Shown here piece after piece: positions 1 to 9,673 of a DNA stretch of 64,000 bases. The first letter of the stretch is position 1; each line of letters starts with the position of its first letter. The notes below the pieces were generated by a model. It ran no database searches, had not been told where the DNA came from, and saw nothing but the letters and a program-made list of their open reading frames with translations. A program made the translations under genes and the position numbers. The stretch spans positions 32,001-96,000 of the forward strand of contig JBCCWC010000013.1 of the NCBI GenBank assembly GCA_039194325.1, written 5' to 3'. This DNA is from Myxococcota bacterium. GTDB taxonomy: Bacteria; Myxococcota_A; Polyangia; Nannocystales; Nannocystaceae.

Positions 1-3000
1 CGGGGTTGAGCGCCGCGTCGTGGCCGACCTCGACGCGATCATCGACGCCGTCCACGCACAAGATCGTATTGGGCTGCTTGAGGCTCGACACCGGCACGAG
101 CGGAAGATCAGTGCCTTGTCGCCAGGACGAGCCTCCGATGAGTCGGCCGTGCGTCTTGCCGGGCGTGCGGTCGTAGACCAGCTCTCCTTCGGCGTCGTCC
201 ATTGGCCAGTAACCGACCAGGCCAGGCTCGTCCCCGGTAAAGCGCCGGTACATGGTCGAGCGGATCTGCTCTTGCGTGCGCGCGATGTTGCCGAGCCGCA
301 CCTCGGTGATCGCACCGTGGAACGGGAAGAAGCGGTCGGAGTGCTTGTAAGAGCCAATGATGAACTCCGCCGCTGGCGGATAAACGATAGCTCCCGACGG
401 CACGGCGCTCGTACCCATCAGGTCGCCGTCGACATAGAGCTTCATCGTAGCGCCGTCATAGACGCCCGCGATGTGATACCATCGATCGACGTCAAACTTT
501 TGCTGCGTTCTGACATATCTTAGTGTTCCACCGCCAATATTGGTACCTACTGTAGACATGACGAGTGAAAAGTGCCCGTAGTTCGCCCCCAGAAACCAGC
601 CTTTTTGCGACGTACTCGTCCACTCGAGTACGCCGATGTAGGCATCCCAGCCTTTGAATGATGCCGGCTTGACCCACACCTCAGCCGTGAGTGTCTGCGA
701 GACCAACGCGCTGGCCTTGTCGACCGTGCCGAGATAGACGTAGTCATCCTTGCCGTCGAAGCTCAACACCGCCCGCGTCGGCGCGGGCTCGGGCGCGGGC
801 ACGAGCCCGCTGACGTCGGCCGCGTCTAGGCTCTTGCCCGAGCTCCAGGTGCCGCCACGCCGGACCCCGTGGTGGAGGTGAACCGTTTGATCCAGCGATG
901 TGCCCGCCAGGCTCCAGTAGGCGACCAACCCCAACTCGCGGCCGGTGAGGCGTCGATGCATTCCAGCAGCGATCTGCTCGTGCGCGCGCACGTGGTCCCA
1001 CAACGCCACTTCGGCGACACGACCGGGGAACGGGAACGCTGGGCTGCTAGACGCCTCGCCCGTGCCGATATAGAGCGGCTGCGCCGGGTTCTTGGCGAAG
1101 CTGGATGCTTGGCTGCCAATTAGCTCGCCGTCGACATAAAACCGCATGGTCAGGCCGTCATACGTCGCCGCCAGATGCGTCCACTGGCTCAGCGAGACCG
1201 CAGGGCCGGACACCACGGACCACCCAGCGCCTGTGCCGAGCCAGAACTGCCACAGATTGTCGTCACCTGCGTAGAGCAGATATCCGCGGTAATCATCGGG
1301 CGCGCTCGTCGAGCTACAGGTCACCGGGCTGCGCTTGGTGCCCCCGCCTCCGCTCACGTTCACCCAGCAGGAGATCGTGAATCGAGACGGACTGAGTCTC
1401 TCCGCATGAGGAACTTCGAGATAATCGGTATCGTTCGCGAGCAAGAGCGCCAGCGGCTGCGCAGGGTGCTGGTAGAGCAGGTTGTCCGCCGCGAGCAAGT
1501 GCTTGTGCATGCTCGCCCGGACCTCGCTCTGGCTACGCTCGACGTTCCAGATCCGGATCTCGGCCATATCTCCTTTCCAGTGCGTATTTGAATTATACCC
1601 ACCGCCAATCGTAGCCTGGCCGATGTCATCGAGCACCTTGGTCTGCTCCGCCTCCTCGACGAAGAGCTCTCCGTTGCGATAGATCTTTGCCGTGCCCGTG
1701 TCGGCGTTCTTGGTAAACGCCCAGTGCACCCACTCGCCCGATGCGAGATCAGTAGCGCTCATGGCCTTGCTCAGGCTGTCAAAACCGGCGCCAGCGCCCG
1801 TCTGAAAGTAGAGCGAACCCAGCCACATGTGAATCGAGACCGTGCGATCGCTGCTGCCCTTCGGTGTCGCCCACAACAGGATCCGCTTGTCGTTGAGCTC
1901 GAAGTTGGCGTTCACCCACACCTCGACCGTGATCTGGCTCTGTATGCGAGGAAACACCTCTGCCGGGACGTCGAGCGAAGCCTTCGAAGTCCCGTCGAAT
2001 TGAACGTTCTGTGCGTCTGCGAGCACGAGCTCGGCGGCGGGCCCGGCCTGCTGTCCAGGCTCTCGATAGACCAGGCTGGTCTCGCCGGCCAAGCACTTGT
2101 GCATGTTGGCCGCGAGTTCGGCCTCGCTGCGCTCGACGTTCCAGACTCGGATCTCCGTGGCCTCGCCGACCAGATAGTGGCCACCTTGATAGCCCCCCCC
2201 GAAGGAGGCCTCACCGATGTCGCTCAAGCCCATGGTCTGGTTCAGACCCTCGGCAAACAGCGCACCGTTGCGATAGATCCTGGCGACGCCGGTCGTGGTA
2301 TTCTTGGTGAACGCCCAGTGCACCCACTCGCCGCGCGCGAGGTCAGCGGCGCTCATGGTCTGGGTCAGGTGGTCCCACCCAGCGCCCTCACCGGACTGAA
2401 AGAACAACTCTCCAGACCACATGTGGATCGAGATCGTGCGATCTTCGCTGCCCTGTGGCACCGCCCACAAGAGCATCTTCTGATCGCTGATCGCGAAGTC
2501 GGCCTTGAGCCAGAATTCGACGGTGATCTGGCTCTGAACGCCGCTGAACACCTCGCCAGGGATCTCGACGCGGCCCGCGGTGGTGCCGTCGAATCGAAAC
2601 GAGGGGATGTTGTCGACATCGAGGTCGGGCTCGGGGCCACGGTAGATCAACCCGACTCCGCTGGGCACGGACTTACGCATCATCGCGACGATGTCGTACT
2701 GCGTCCGCGCGACGTTCCAGATCCGGAACTCGGTGATATCGCCGATCCAGTGATCGGTGGCGTTGACCCCACCGCTGATCGTGCCCTCGCCGATCCCGCT
2801 CATCGCCATCGTGTGACCCGATGCTTCGGCGAACAGCGATCCATTGCGGTAGATCTTCGACGTACCCGCCTCAGCGTCCTTGACGAAGGCCCAGTGTACC
2901 CACTCTCCGCGCGCGAACTCTTCAGCGGTGATCGTCTTGTTGAGGGCATCGAATCCAGCACCCGCGCCGGTATGAAAGTAGAGGTTACCCGCCCACACAT

Positions 3001-3214
3001 GAATCGAGAGCGCACGATCCGTGCTGCTCTGCGGGGTCGACCACATCATGGTCCGCTGATCGCTCGGGTCAAAGTCTGCTCTCGACCAGAACTCGACCGT
3101 GACCTGATCTTGTAGAGAACTCCAGACCTCGGCGGGGATCGTCAGCGCCGTCGTAGCCGTGCCGTCAAAGTGAAACCGTGAGGCGTTGTAGAGGTCGAGA
3201 TCGGTGATGGTCAT
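1..3214 (-). CDS. Large multi-LamG (ConA-like jellyroll) repeat protein, 3' end runs off the window (>1070 aa)
   Basis: Translated by hand at both ends from ATG 3214 (MTITDLDLYNASRFHFDGT..VTVEFW..GEWVHWAFVKD..KIYRNG..ITEFRIWNVART) and near the edge (WYHIAGVYDGATMKLYVDG; LVGYWPMDD; VDGVDDRVEV). Both ends share the same register as the + strand shadow ORFs. It is absent from the ORF track, consistent with having no stop inside the window. Confidence 0.85.
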   Translation of the reverse strand, partial: MTITDLDLYNASRFHFDGTATTALTIPAEVWSSLQDQVTVEFWSRADFDPSDQRTMMWSTPQSSTDRALSIHVWAGNLYFHTGAGAGFDALNKTITAEEFARGEWVHWAFVKDAEAGTSKIYRNGSLFAEASGHTMAMSGIGEGTISGGVNATDHWIGDITEFRIWNVARTQYDIVAMMRKSVPSGVGLIYRGPEPDLDVDNIPSFRFDGTTAGRVEIPGEVFSGVQSQITVEFWLKADFAISDQKMLLWAVPQGSEDRTISIHMWSGELFFQSGEGAGWDHLTQTMSAADLARGEWVHWAFTKNTTTGVARIYRNGALFAEGLNQTMGLSDIGEASFGGGYQGGHYLVGEATEIRVWNVERSEAELAANMHKCLAGETSLVYREPGQQAGPAAELVLADAQNVQFDGTSKASLDVPAEVFPRIQSQITVEVWVNANFELNDKRILLWATPKGSSDRTVSIHMWLGSLYFQTGAGAGFDSLSKAMSATDLASGEWVHWAFTKNADTGTAKIYRNGELFVEEAEQTKVLDDIGQATIGGGYNSNTHWKGDMAEIRIWNVERSQSEVRASMHKHLLAADNLLYQHPAQPLALLLANDTDYLEVPHAERLSPSRFTISCWVNVSGGGGTKRSPVTCSSTSAPDDYRGYLLYAGDDNLWQFWLGTGAGWSVVSGPAVSLSQWTHLAATYDGLTMRFYVDGELIGSQASSFAKNPAQPLYIGTGEASSSPAFPFPGRVAEVALWDHVRAHEQIAAGMHRRLTGRELGLVAYWSLAGTSLDQTVHLHHGVRRGGTWSSGKSLDAADVSGLVPAPEPAPTRAVLSFDGKDDYVYLGTVDKASALVSQTLTAEVWVKPASFKGWDAYIGVLEWTSTSQKGWFLGANYGHFSLVMSTVGTNIGGGTLRYVRTQQKFDVDRWYHIAGVYDGATMKLYVDGDLMGTSAVPSGAIVYPPAAEFIIGSYKHSDRFFPFHGAITEVRLGNIARTQEQIRSTMYRRFTGDEPGLVGYWPMDDAEGELVYDRTPGKTHGRLIGGSSWRQGTDLPLVPVSSLKQPNTILCVDGVDDRVEVGHDAALNP

Positions 3215-3539
3215 GCGGGTTCCCCGGATCGGCGTGAGTGCGTTGTCCACCACAGCGGGCACGACTACACATCACCGGTAGCGAAGTGCCCGGCGTTGGC
3301 GTAGTGCTCACCATCAACGTGGCGACTCCTGATGGTCATCCCCACGCGCGCTTGTGTGGAATCGAACTGGCCTCATCATCTCTATTCGCCAGCCAAGGCG
3401 AATACAAGAGACTGAAACCGGGTGAAATCGTCGGACGTAGGGAGCACGAGCACCGGCCGCTTGGGTCCGGCTCCCTTCGGCCTGACGCCGCGGCCGGGCA
3501 CCGGCCGGCCTCGCTATGCCTGCTCTACGATCGCACCGC

Positions 3540-4436
3540 TCAGGCCACGAACCAACCGGCGATTGGCGCAGGCTCCTTGCCGCAGCTAGGCGGCGCTTTG
3601 GGCCCGAGCATGCGACGCTCCAGTGCAACCTCGTGGGCCTGCCCGTCGTGGTCACGTAACGTCACCACCACCCGCCCCTCGCCCTGCTCATGCTCCACGG
3701 ACGCGAGCGCGCCGGTCTCCAGCCGACCCGTACGTCCGCGCCAGATCGTCTCCGCTGCCTGCTCGACCGAGTGCAGCGAGGTGCGCCCCCGCAGACGATC
3801 GAGCCGATACACGGTGCCGTCGACGGCCGCCTGCGCCAGCCCGGGCGCGTCCTGGGGCTCGATCCGCCCGTAGCACAGCCCCGCCGGCAGCTGCAGCAGG
3901 GTGGCAGCGAACCGATGCCCCCCTAGGTGCGTGGTCTGCCAGACCTCCACTCCCTCTTGCTCGGCCAGCGCCCGGGCCACGGGGATCCCCTCCTTGGAGC
4001 AACACACGTCCCGACGACCGTTGGTGCACACGAGCATCAGCGGCTCGGCGACCTCGCGCGCACCCTCGATGGCGTCGCCCGCCCGCAAGGACTTCACCAG
4101 CGCGGGCACGTCGAGCTCGAGCAGCGCCGACGCTGAGTCCAGCGTCCACGTGACCAGCCGCGCGCCCACCAGATCGGAGACCCCCAACCAAAACCTCAAC
4201 GGGCCGTTATGGGGACCGCTTTGGCGCACCAGCTGCACCCGAGCGCCCGCGATCGTGTCCTGCCAGCCCATGAGGCGCTCCTTGACCGGATCGGGCAGAT
4301 CGCACTCGGGCACCGCCTTGGCTCCCCAGGGCCCCCGGTGCTCGAGCACGATCCACACCGAGGTGCTCGCCACCGCAGTGCCGGCGATGGGCTCCCCGAG
4401 CGCACGCGAGAGCTGGCTGCAACGATCGGTCACCAC
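3540..4436 (-). CDS. Sucrase/ferredoxin-like (thioredoxin-fold 2Fe-2S) protein
   Basis: Motifs LEHRGPWG, LVCTNGRRDVCC, THLGGHRFAAT, GLCYGR. Confidence 0.85.
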   Translation of the reverse strand: MVTDRCSQLSRALGEPIAGTAVASTSVWIVLEHRGPWGAKAVPECDLPDPVKERLMGWQDTIAGARVQLVRQSGPHNGPLRFWLGVSDLVGARLVTWTLDSASALLELDVPALVKSLRAGDAIEGAREVAEPLMLVCTNGRRDVCCSKEGIPVARALAEQEGVEVWQTTHLGGHRFAATLLQLPAGLCYGRIEPQDAPGLAQAAVDGTVYRLDRLRGRTSLHSVEQAAETIWRGRTGRLETGALASVEHEQGEGRVVVTLRDHDGQAHEVALERRMLGPKAPPSCGKEPAPIAGWFVA

Positions 4437-4448
4437 TCGCTGCTCCCC

Positions 4449-5126
4449 TTAGCCGAGGTTGGCCCGCAGGTACTCCAGCGAGCGCTCCCAGGCCTGCTTG
4501 GCCGGTCCCTCGGCGTAGGCGTCGGGTCGCGAGTCGTTGAAGAACGCGTGCCCGGCCTCGTAGAAGTGCGGATCGATCGTCCCCCCCGCTCCGCGGATCT
4601 CTTCGATGAGCGCACGGGCGTTGTCAGGGGTCACGAAGCCATCGTCGTTGGCAAAGTGGGCCAGCACCGGGCACCGCAGCTTCGAAAAGTCGGGCCCCAC
4701 ATTGGGATGGATCCCATAAAAGTTGACGCAAGCCGAGACTTGGTCGTGCTCGGTGGCGGCAAAGAGCGCCAGCTGGCCGCCCATGCAAAAGCCCAGCGCG
4801 CCCACCTTCTTGGGCGTGACCGCGTCGAGCCCAAGAAGGTGGTCGGCCGCTCCCCGCAGATCCTTGCCGGTCTGGGCGATGTCCAGAGCCATGAGCTTGC
4901 GACCCGCCTCGTCGGGATCGGTGGTGTTGTCGCCGCGGTACAGGTCGGGCGCCAGGGCCACGAACCCCTCGGCGGCGAAGCGATCGGCGACCTCCTTGAT
5001 GTGATCGACCAAGCCCCACCACTCCTGGATCACGATGAGGCCGGGGCCCTGGCCCGAGGGCGGAGTGGCGAGGTAACCGGCGGCGGTGCCTCCGTTGGCG
5101 GCAAATTCGATCATCTCTCCGGGCAT
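4449..5126 (-). CDS. Dienelactone hydrolase family protein
   Basis: IQEWWGL, GFCMGG nucleophile elbow, AGHAFFND; AAGGAG RBS before ATG 5126 (the track ORF is over-extended). Confidence 0.92.
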   Translation of the reverse strand: MPGEMIEFAANGGTAAGYLATPPSGQGPGLIVIQEWWGLVDHIKEVADRFAAEGFVALAPDLYRGDNTTDPDEAGRKLMALDIAQTGKDLRGAADHLLGLDAVTPKKVGALGFCMGGQLALFAATEHDQVSACVNFYGIHPNVGPDFSKLRCPVLAHFANDDGFVTPDNARALIEEIRGAGGTIDPHFYEAGHAFFNDSRPDAYAEGPAKQAWERSLEYLRANLG

Positions 5127-5304
5127 GGCGAACTCCTTTGGATCTGGATCGGCGACTTGGCCCCGTGGATCCGGCAGATCCCCGGCACGAGCCGGGCGTG
5201 AGTGTAGCCAGCGACCCCCGCGAGGAAAATGCGAGCCCCCAAAACCGAAGGCTCGCCCGTCTACGGGCCCTCGAACGGTTCCGTCCGCGGTGCTGCGGCC
5301 GGTG

Positions 5305-5470
5305 CTACTTGACGGAGTGCTTGGCCAGCCAAGCGTCGACTTGGGCGAGATACGCTCTGGTATGCGCGCCCTCACCATCGGCTGCGAGCCAGGCATCCCG
5401 GGCCTGCTCGGCCAAGCCGCGAGCGCGCCGCCGCTCCGACCGTGTGCGCCGTAGGGCCCGGGCAAGCATG
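5305..5470 (-). pseudogene. Orphan C-terminal fragment of a myxobacterial TPR/kinase-type protein
   Basis: LARALRR..ERRRARGLAEQARDAW..LAQVDAWLAKH* resembles the terminal helix of myxobacterial TPR Ser/Thr kinases (from recall); no gene body upstream. Confidence 0.45.
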
Positions 5471-5622
5471 GGGCCATGGGCAACGACGCGCGGCGAGAGC
5501 AGGCCCGCTGCGGAGGAGCCAATGTACGCCGCACTACCGGGCGGTCGCGACGAAGAATCGTCGTCGATCTTGCTGAGCCGAAAACCGAGGGCACCGGCCA
5601 CTGCCCTCGTGGAGGATCTCGC

Positions 5623-7305
5623 ATGAACGACACCGCCTCGCTCGCATTCCTGACCGTCAGCCTCGCCGTCGTCGGGTGCTACGATGGCTCGGAATCGGAC
5701 TCTTCGGACGGCAGCGACAGTGCCGTCACGCTCGGCACCGCCGGCACGAACCCGGGCACCGAGACCAGCGATGGCGACGGCACGGCCGACGGGGCCTCCA
5801 CAAGCGCTGACGATGAATCGTCCTCCGACGATGGCTCGCTACCTCCGCCCGAAGGCGTGCTCGCAGGAGGGATCGCGGTCGACACGGTGGCGGTCAACCA
5901 GGGGGTCGGGATCTCGATCGTCGAGCAGGGCGCGCTGCTATCCACCGACGCTCGGGTCGCCCCGGTGATCGCGGGCCGCCCCGGCCTGATCCGCGCGTCC
6001 TATCAGCTCGCGCCTGATTTCGCCCCGCGCGCGATCGTCGGGCGCCTGTGGCTGCGCAACGGCCCCGACCTCAACGCCGTCTACACCGAGGAGCGCCTGA
6101 TCGACGGACCACCGGACTGGTCGGACATCGACGGCACCTTCCACTGGGTCGTCGAGCCCGAAGATCTCACGGCGCAGACCGAGTTCCGCGTGCAGTTCCT
6201 CGAGGTCGACGACAACGGCGAGCCGGTCGGCGACATCACGGGCTCGGAGTTCCCCGCCGGCGAGTTCGCCCCGCTCGATGCATGGGGCGACCGCATGGTC
6301 ATCGACCTGATGCTCGTGCCCTTCACCTGCGCCGGCTACCCCGACCTGGTGCTCGACCCGGTCGATCTGGCGGACTTCGAGGCGTTCTTGTTCAACACCA
6401 TGCCCGTGCAAGCGCTGGTGCTCACGGTGCACGATCCGGTCCCCTCGGCCTCCTGCAGCGAGTTCGACGCGGCCGAGATCGACCTGCCCGCGCTGCGCGA
6501 GGCCGAAGGGGCCGACCCCTGGGTGTACTACGGGGGCCTATTGCCCGGAGACGGCGGCGGCTACTCGATCGCCATCGAAGACAGCGACCAGATGGACTTC
6601 CGCCGCACCTTCGCCAACCACGCCTGGCGGGACTACGGGCTCACCGCGGATCTGTTCGCCCATGAGCTGGGGCACAACCACGGGCGCGATCACACCTTCG
6701 AGGATCCGACCTTCCCCGGCGATGTCAGCAGCCTGTGCGGCACGACCGACACGTACGGGTGGGGCCCGCGATCGTCGATGATGCCCAGCTCAGGGTACAG
6801 CAACGATCTCGATCTGGGCCTGAGCTGGTTCGACCCCCACGAAGAGCTGCTCCTCCCCACCAGCCAGCCCTGCAGCGGACTCCCCGACGGCAACCGCTAC
6901 AACTTCAACGACATGATGAGCTACGTGTACCCGTACTGGGTCAGCGCCTATAACTACGCGGCCCTGGCCGAGCGCGTGCGGCTGATCTCCACCTGGTCGG
7001 CGCAGGACAAGCCCGCCCCTCCCTCGGGCCGAACGCTGCGGCTGGTGATCGGACCCGAGGGCGACGTGCACCGCACCAGCCACAAGGGCGCGCGACCAGT
7101 GACGGAGCCCGACACCTGGGCCACCTGTGGAGACGAGCGCGTCCCGGTTCGCACCACCCGAACCTGGCTCGAGCGACCAACATCCGACGGTCCGCTCGAG
7201 CGCTTCGAATACCGCGGCTTCGAGTTGCCGCTGCCGGTGGATGTCGATCCCGCCACGTGCGTGCTGGATCACGAGGGCTCGCCAGTCCCCTTCACCGTTC
7301 GCTGA
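5623..7305 (+). CDS. Secreted lipoprotein, zinc metalloprotease (HExxHxxGxxH)
   Basis: Lipobox AVVGC, Ser/Asp-rich linker, FAHELGHNHGRDH zinc motif, DMMSY Met-turn; GGAGG RBS. Confidence 0.8.
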   Translation: MNDTASLAFLTVSLAVVGCYDGSESDSSDGSDSAVTLGTAGTNPGTETSDGDGTADGASTSADDESSSDDGSLPPPEGVLAGGIAVDTVAVNQGVGISIVEQGALLSTDARVAPVIAGRPGLIRASYQLAPDFAPRAIVGRLWLRNGPDLNAVYTEERLIDGPPDWSDIDGTFHWVVEPEDLTAQTEFRVQFLEVDDNGEPVGDITGSEFPAGEFAPLDAWGDRMVIDLMLVPFTCAGYPDLVLDPVDLADFEAFLFNTMPVQALVLTVHDPVPSASCSEFDAAEIDLPALREAEGADPWVYYGGLLPGDGGGYSIAIEDSDQMDFRRTFANHAWRDYGLTADLFAHELGHNHGRDHTFEDPTFPGDVSSLCGTTDTYGWGPRSSMMPSSGYSNDLDLGLSWFDPHEELLLPTSQPCSGLPDGNRYNFNDMMSYVYPYWVSAYNYAALAERVRLISTWSAQDKPAPPSGRTLRLVIGPEGDVHRTSHKGARPVTEPDTWATCGDERVPVRTTRTWLERPTSDGPLERFEYRGFELPLPVDVDPATCVLDHEGSPVPFTVR

Positions 7306-7969
7306 TCACCGAAGCCACCCACTCGGCCCTCCGCGTCGCACCTGATCCGAGGGAGAGGATGCGACCAGTGCGCGCGTGGTGTACGACCAGTGTGCGACCA
7401 GTGCGCGCGTGATGTACGACCATTGCGCGACCCGGACGCGATGGGCCGAGGAGGCCCCAAAACCAAAAGGCTCGCCCACCAACGGGCCCTTTCACGCGAC
7501 ATGGCCGGGTCGACCCCGGATCTCGCCAGCGCGCGTAGACGGAGGCCCATCGTAGGACGGATGTAGACCCCAACCTGGTGTGGCTGCGCCGAAGAATCGT
7601 CGTCGATCTCACAAAGAGCGACGACCGGGCGTAATTGCTAGACCTGAATCAAGCGTTGGATCCAAAAAACGCTCTGATTCAGAACTCGCATGAGACGCGA
7701 GGCGAGCGTTCGGAATCGGCGTTAGAGGCACTTTACGGCCCGGTTTCAGCCGATTTCAGGCGGTTGCGTCTCCATCCCAGGCTCTTCATAGTAGCCACCG
7801 GTCGCTGCTTTCGCTGACCTCGAGGGCAAGACCTCTACCTCACGACAAAGTCTTCACACACGCTGAACCTGCATACTATCGCAGCCCCGTTTCTGTGGCA
7901 GTCAATGTGTTCCCTCGCCGCTCGAGGGCACGAGCTCGCAGTGATCAGCCCACCCGGCGATACTACGAC

Positions 7970-8587
7970 ATGGACGAGAACACCGCTGATTTCATCAAGG
8001 CGCTCATCGGCTCCGAACGGACCCCTCCGCAGCTGAACCTGTCACGGGGCTACCTCTCGCCCTCCCCCAAGAGCGGTATGCGTCGGCTCTATACAGCAGC
8101 AAATCTAAAGATCTGGGTCGACATTCCAGAAGATGACGTCCTCCACATCGAGAAGGATCCTCGATTCGACGGGCCCGCGGGCGCCGTGTGGGTTTGGATC
8201 AAGCAGGGATCTGCCGTCCAGGCGGGCTCATCGACACATGAGTCGATACAGCAGCAACAGCAGGCCATCGCCCAGCAAACCGCGGCTCAGCAAGCCACTG
8301 CGCAGCCCGTTGGTCTTGCTACTGCACCGCTGTGCCCCACGGCCCCGCTGTGTCCGACCTACGACCCGGTGTGCCCCAACGGCCAGGCGCCGAATGTGGC
8401 CAACATGGGAGCGCAGATGAATCAGGCACCGCAGATGAATCAGGCACCGCAGATGAATCAGGCACAGATGCCGGAGTGGCTACGCCAGATGTACGCTGGC
8501 GGCTACCGCGGCTACGGCGGCGGCTACGGGATGGGACGATACGGCCAGCCCACGCCGTTTGTATTTACTCGGGGGATTGGACGCTGA
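7970..8587 (+). CDS. Putative RiPP precursor/accessory protein: ~85-aa folded N-domain, Gln/Ala spacer, TAPLCP-TAPLCP-TYDPVCP motifs, (QMNQAP)x3, Gly/Tyr tail
   Basis: First gene of the lanthipeptide-type operon, 6 bp before the kinase; all three Cys lie in T-x(3-4)-C motifs. Confidence 0.65.
   Translation: MDENTADFIKALIGSERTPPQLNLSRGYLSPSPKSGMRRLYTAANLKIWVDIPEDDVLHIEKDPRFDGPAGAVWVWIKQGSAVQAGSSTHESIQQQQQAIAQQTAAQQATAQPVGLATAPLCPTAPLCPTYDPVCPNGQAPNVANMGAQMNQAPQMNQAPQMNQAQMPEWLRQMYAGGYRGYGGGYGMGRYGQPTPFVFTRGIGR
8413..8465 (+). repeat. 18-bp tandem repeat x3 (gcagatgaatcaggcacc) encoding QMNQAP
   Basis: Read directly in the sequence. Confidence 0.9.
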
Positions 8588-8593
8588 CGACCA

Positions 8594-9664
8594 ATGATGA
8601 TTTCACGGGAAAATATCGGACCCTACCTCACCGAGCGGCGTTTGCTGCCGCTCGAGGAGTTACACGCCGGAAAGGTGAGGGTGTATGCGCGTGGCAGTCG
8701 CAACAACAACCTGGTCATCGAGCGGGCCGAGGGTAACGACTTCTTCGTCAAGCAGAGCCGGATCTCCTTCGACCCATCATCCATTCAGACCTTACGCCGA
8801 GAGGCGATGTTCTACTTCGTGGTCGCGGCTGATCCTGCATATGAGAAGCTCCGCGACCTGCTCATTCGATGCTACTTGTTCGACACGGCACGGAACATCG
8901 TCGTGCTCGACCACCTGACCGGGTTCGAGTCGCTCTTTGACCGGCGGCTGCGGCACGGCCCGTGCTCGGCCCAGATCGGAGAGAGCATCGCTCGTGCGCT
9001 GGCGACTCTGCACGTCCACGGTGCGGCCGCGGTCGGCTCGAGCCCGCACCCGGACGTATTCCCGCAGGCTCTGGTCAACGGGCTCGCGGCCATCGACGCC
9101 CCGATATCCACGATCAAGCCGGGCTTTGACCATATCAAGCGGGCCCTCAACGCCGATCCGGTCGTCATGAACGTGATGCGATCGCTGCGAGACACTTGGT
9201 CCCCGACGACCCTCATCCACAACGATCTGAAGTCTCAGAACATCCTCGTTCGTCGGGAGCAAGCAGACGACGATGAGACCAGCCTATATCTGATCGACTG
9301 GGAATTGGTCGATCGTGGAGATCCTTGTTGGGATCTCGGCTCCATCCTCTCGGACGGTCTATACAGCTACTTGCTGGACTCGTGCGGCATAAAGACGGGC
9401 ATCGAGCAGCTCGCCCAGATCCAGCCGTTCTTGTCGGGTTTCTGGAATCGGTACTGTAGCGATGCTGGCCTGTCGGGTCAGGCCCGGCGGAGCATGACCG
9501 AGCGAGCTGTCAGCATGGCGGGGGCCTGCCTGCTGAACAAGGCGTTCGAGGTCGCGTACATGAGCGACCCTCTGCCGCTTCACGGGCAATTGTGCCTGCA
9601 GACCGCGTTCAACATCTTGCGGGCACCGCAGGTCGCGATGACCCAGATTTTCGGGATCGAGTGA
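8594..9664 (+). CDS. Aminoglycoside-phosphotransferase-fold kinase, class V lanthipeptide LanK-like
   Basis: GSRNNN loop, FFVKQ, LIHNDLKSQNILV, LIDWE..GDPCWDLGS; adjacent to a HopA1-type lyase. Confidence 0.85.
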   Translation: MMISRENIGPYLTERRLLPLEELHAGKVRVYARGSRNNNLVIERAEGNDFFVKQSRISFDPSSIQTLRREAMFYFVVAADPAYEKLRDLLIRCYLFDTARNIVVLDHLTGFESLFDRRLRHGPCSAQIGESIARALATLHVHGAAAVGSSPHPDVFPQALVNGLAAIDAPISTIKPGFDHIKRALNADPVVMNVMRSLRDTWSPTTLIHNDLKSQNILVRREQADDDETSLYLIDWELVDRGDPCWDLGSILSDGLYSYLLDSCGIKTGIEQLAQIQPFLSGFWNRYCSDAGLSGQARRSMTERAVSMAGACLLNKAFEVAYMSDPLPLHGQLCLQTAFNILRAPQVAMTQIFGIE

Positions 9665-9673
9665 GGCTTGTTC

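Noticed and set aside
20..3115. Plus-strand ORFs 20-523, 869-1123, 1175-1591 and 1724-3115
   Set aside because: Same codon register as the minus-strand LamG gene, so shadow ORFs
3375..3412. Small hairpin (tattcgcc/ggcgaata) considered as a riboswitch or ncRNA
   Set aside because: Only an 8-bp stem, and no family consensus recognised
8594..9664. Aminoglycoside resistance gene
   Set aside because: APH fold, but the HopA1-LanC and precursor context points to a peptide kinase
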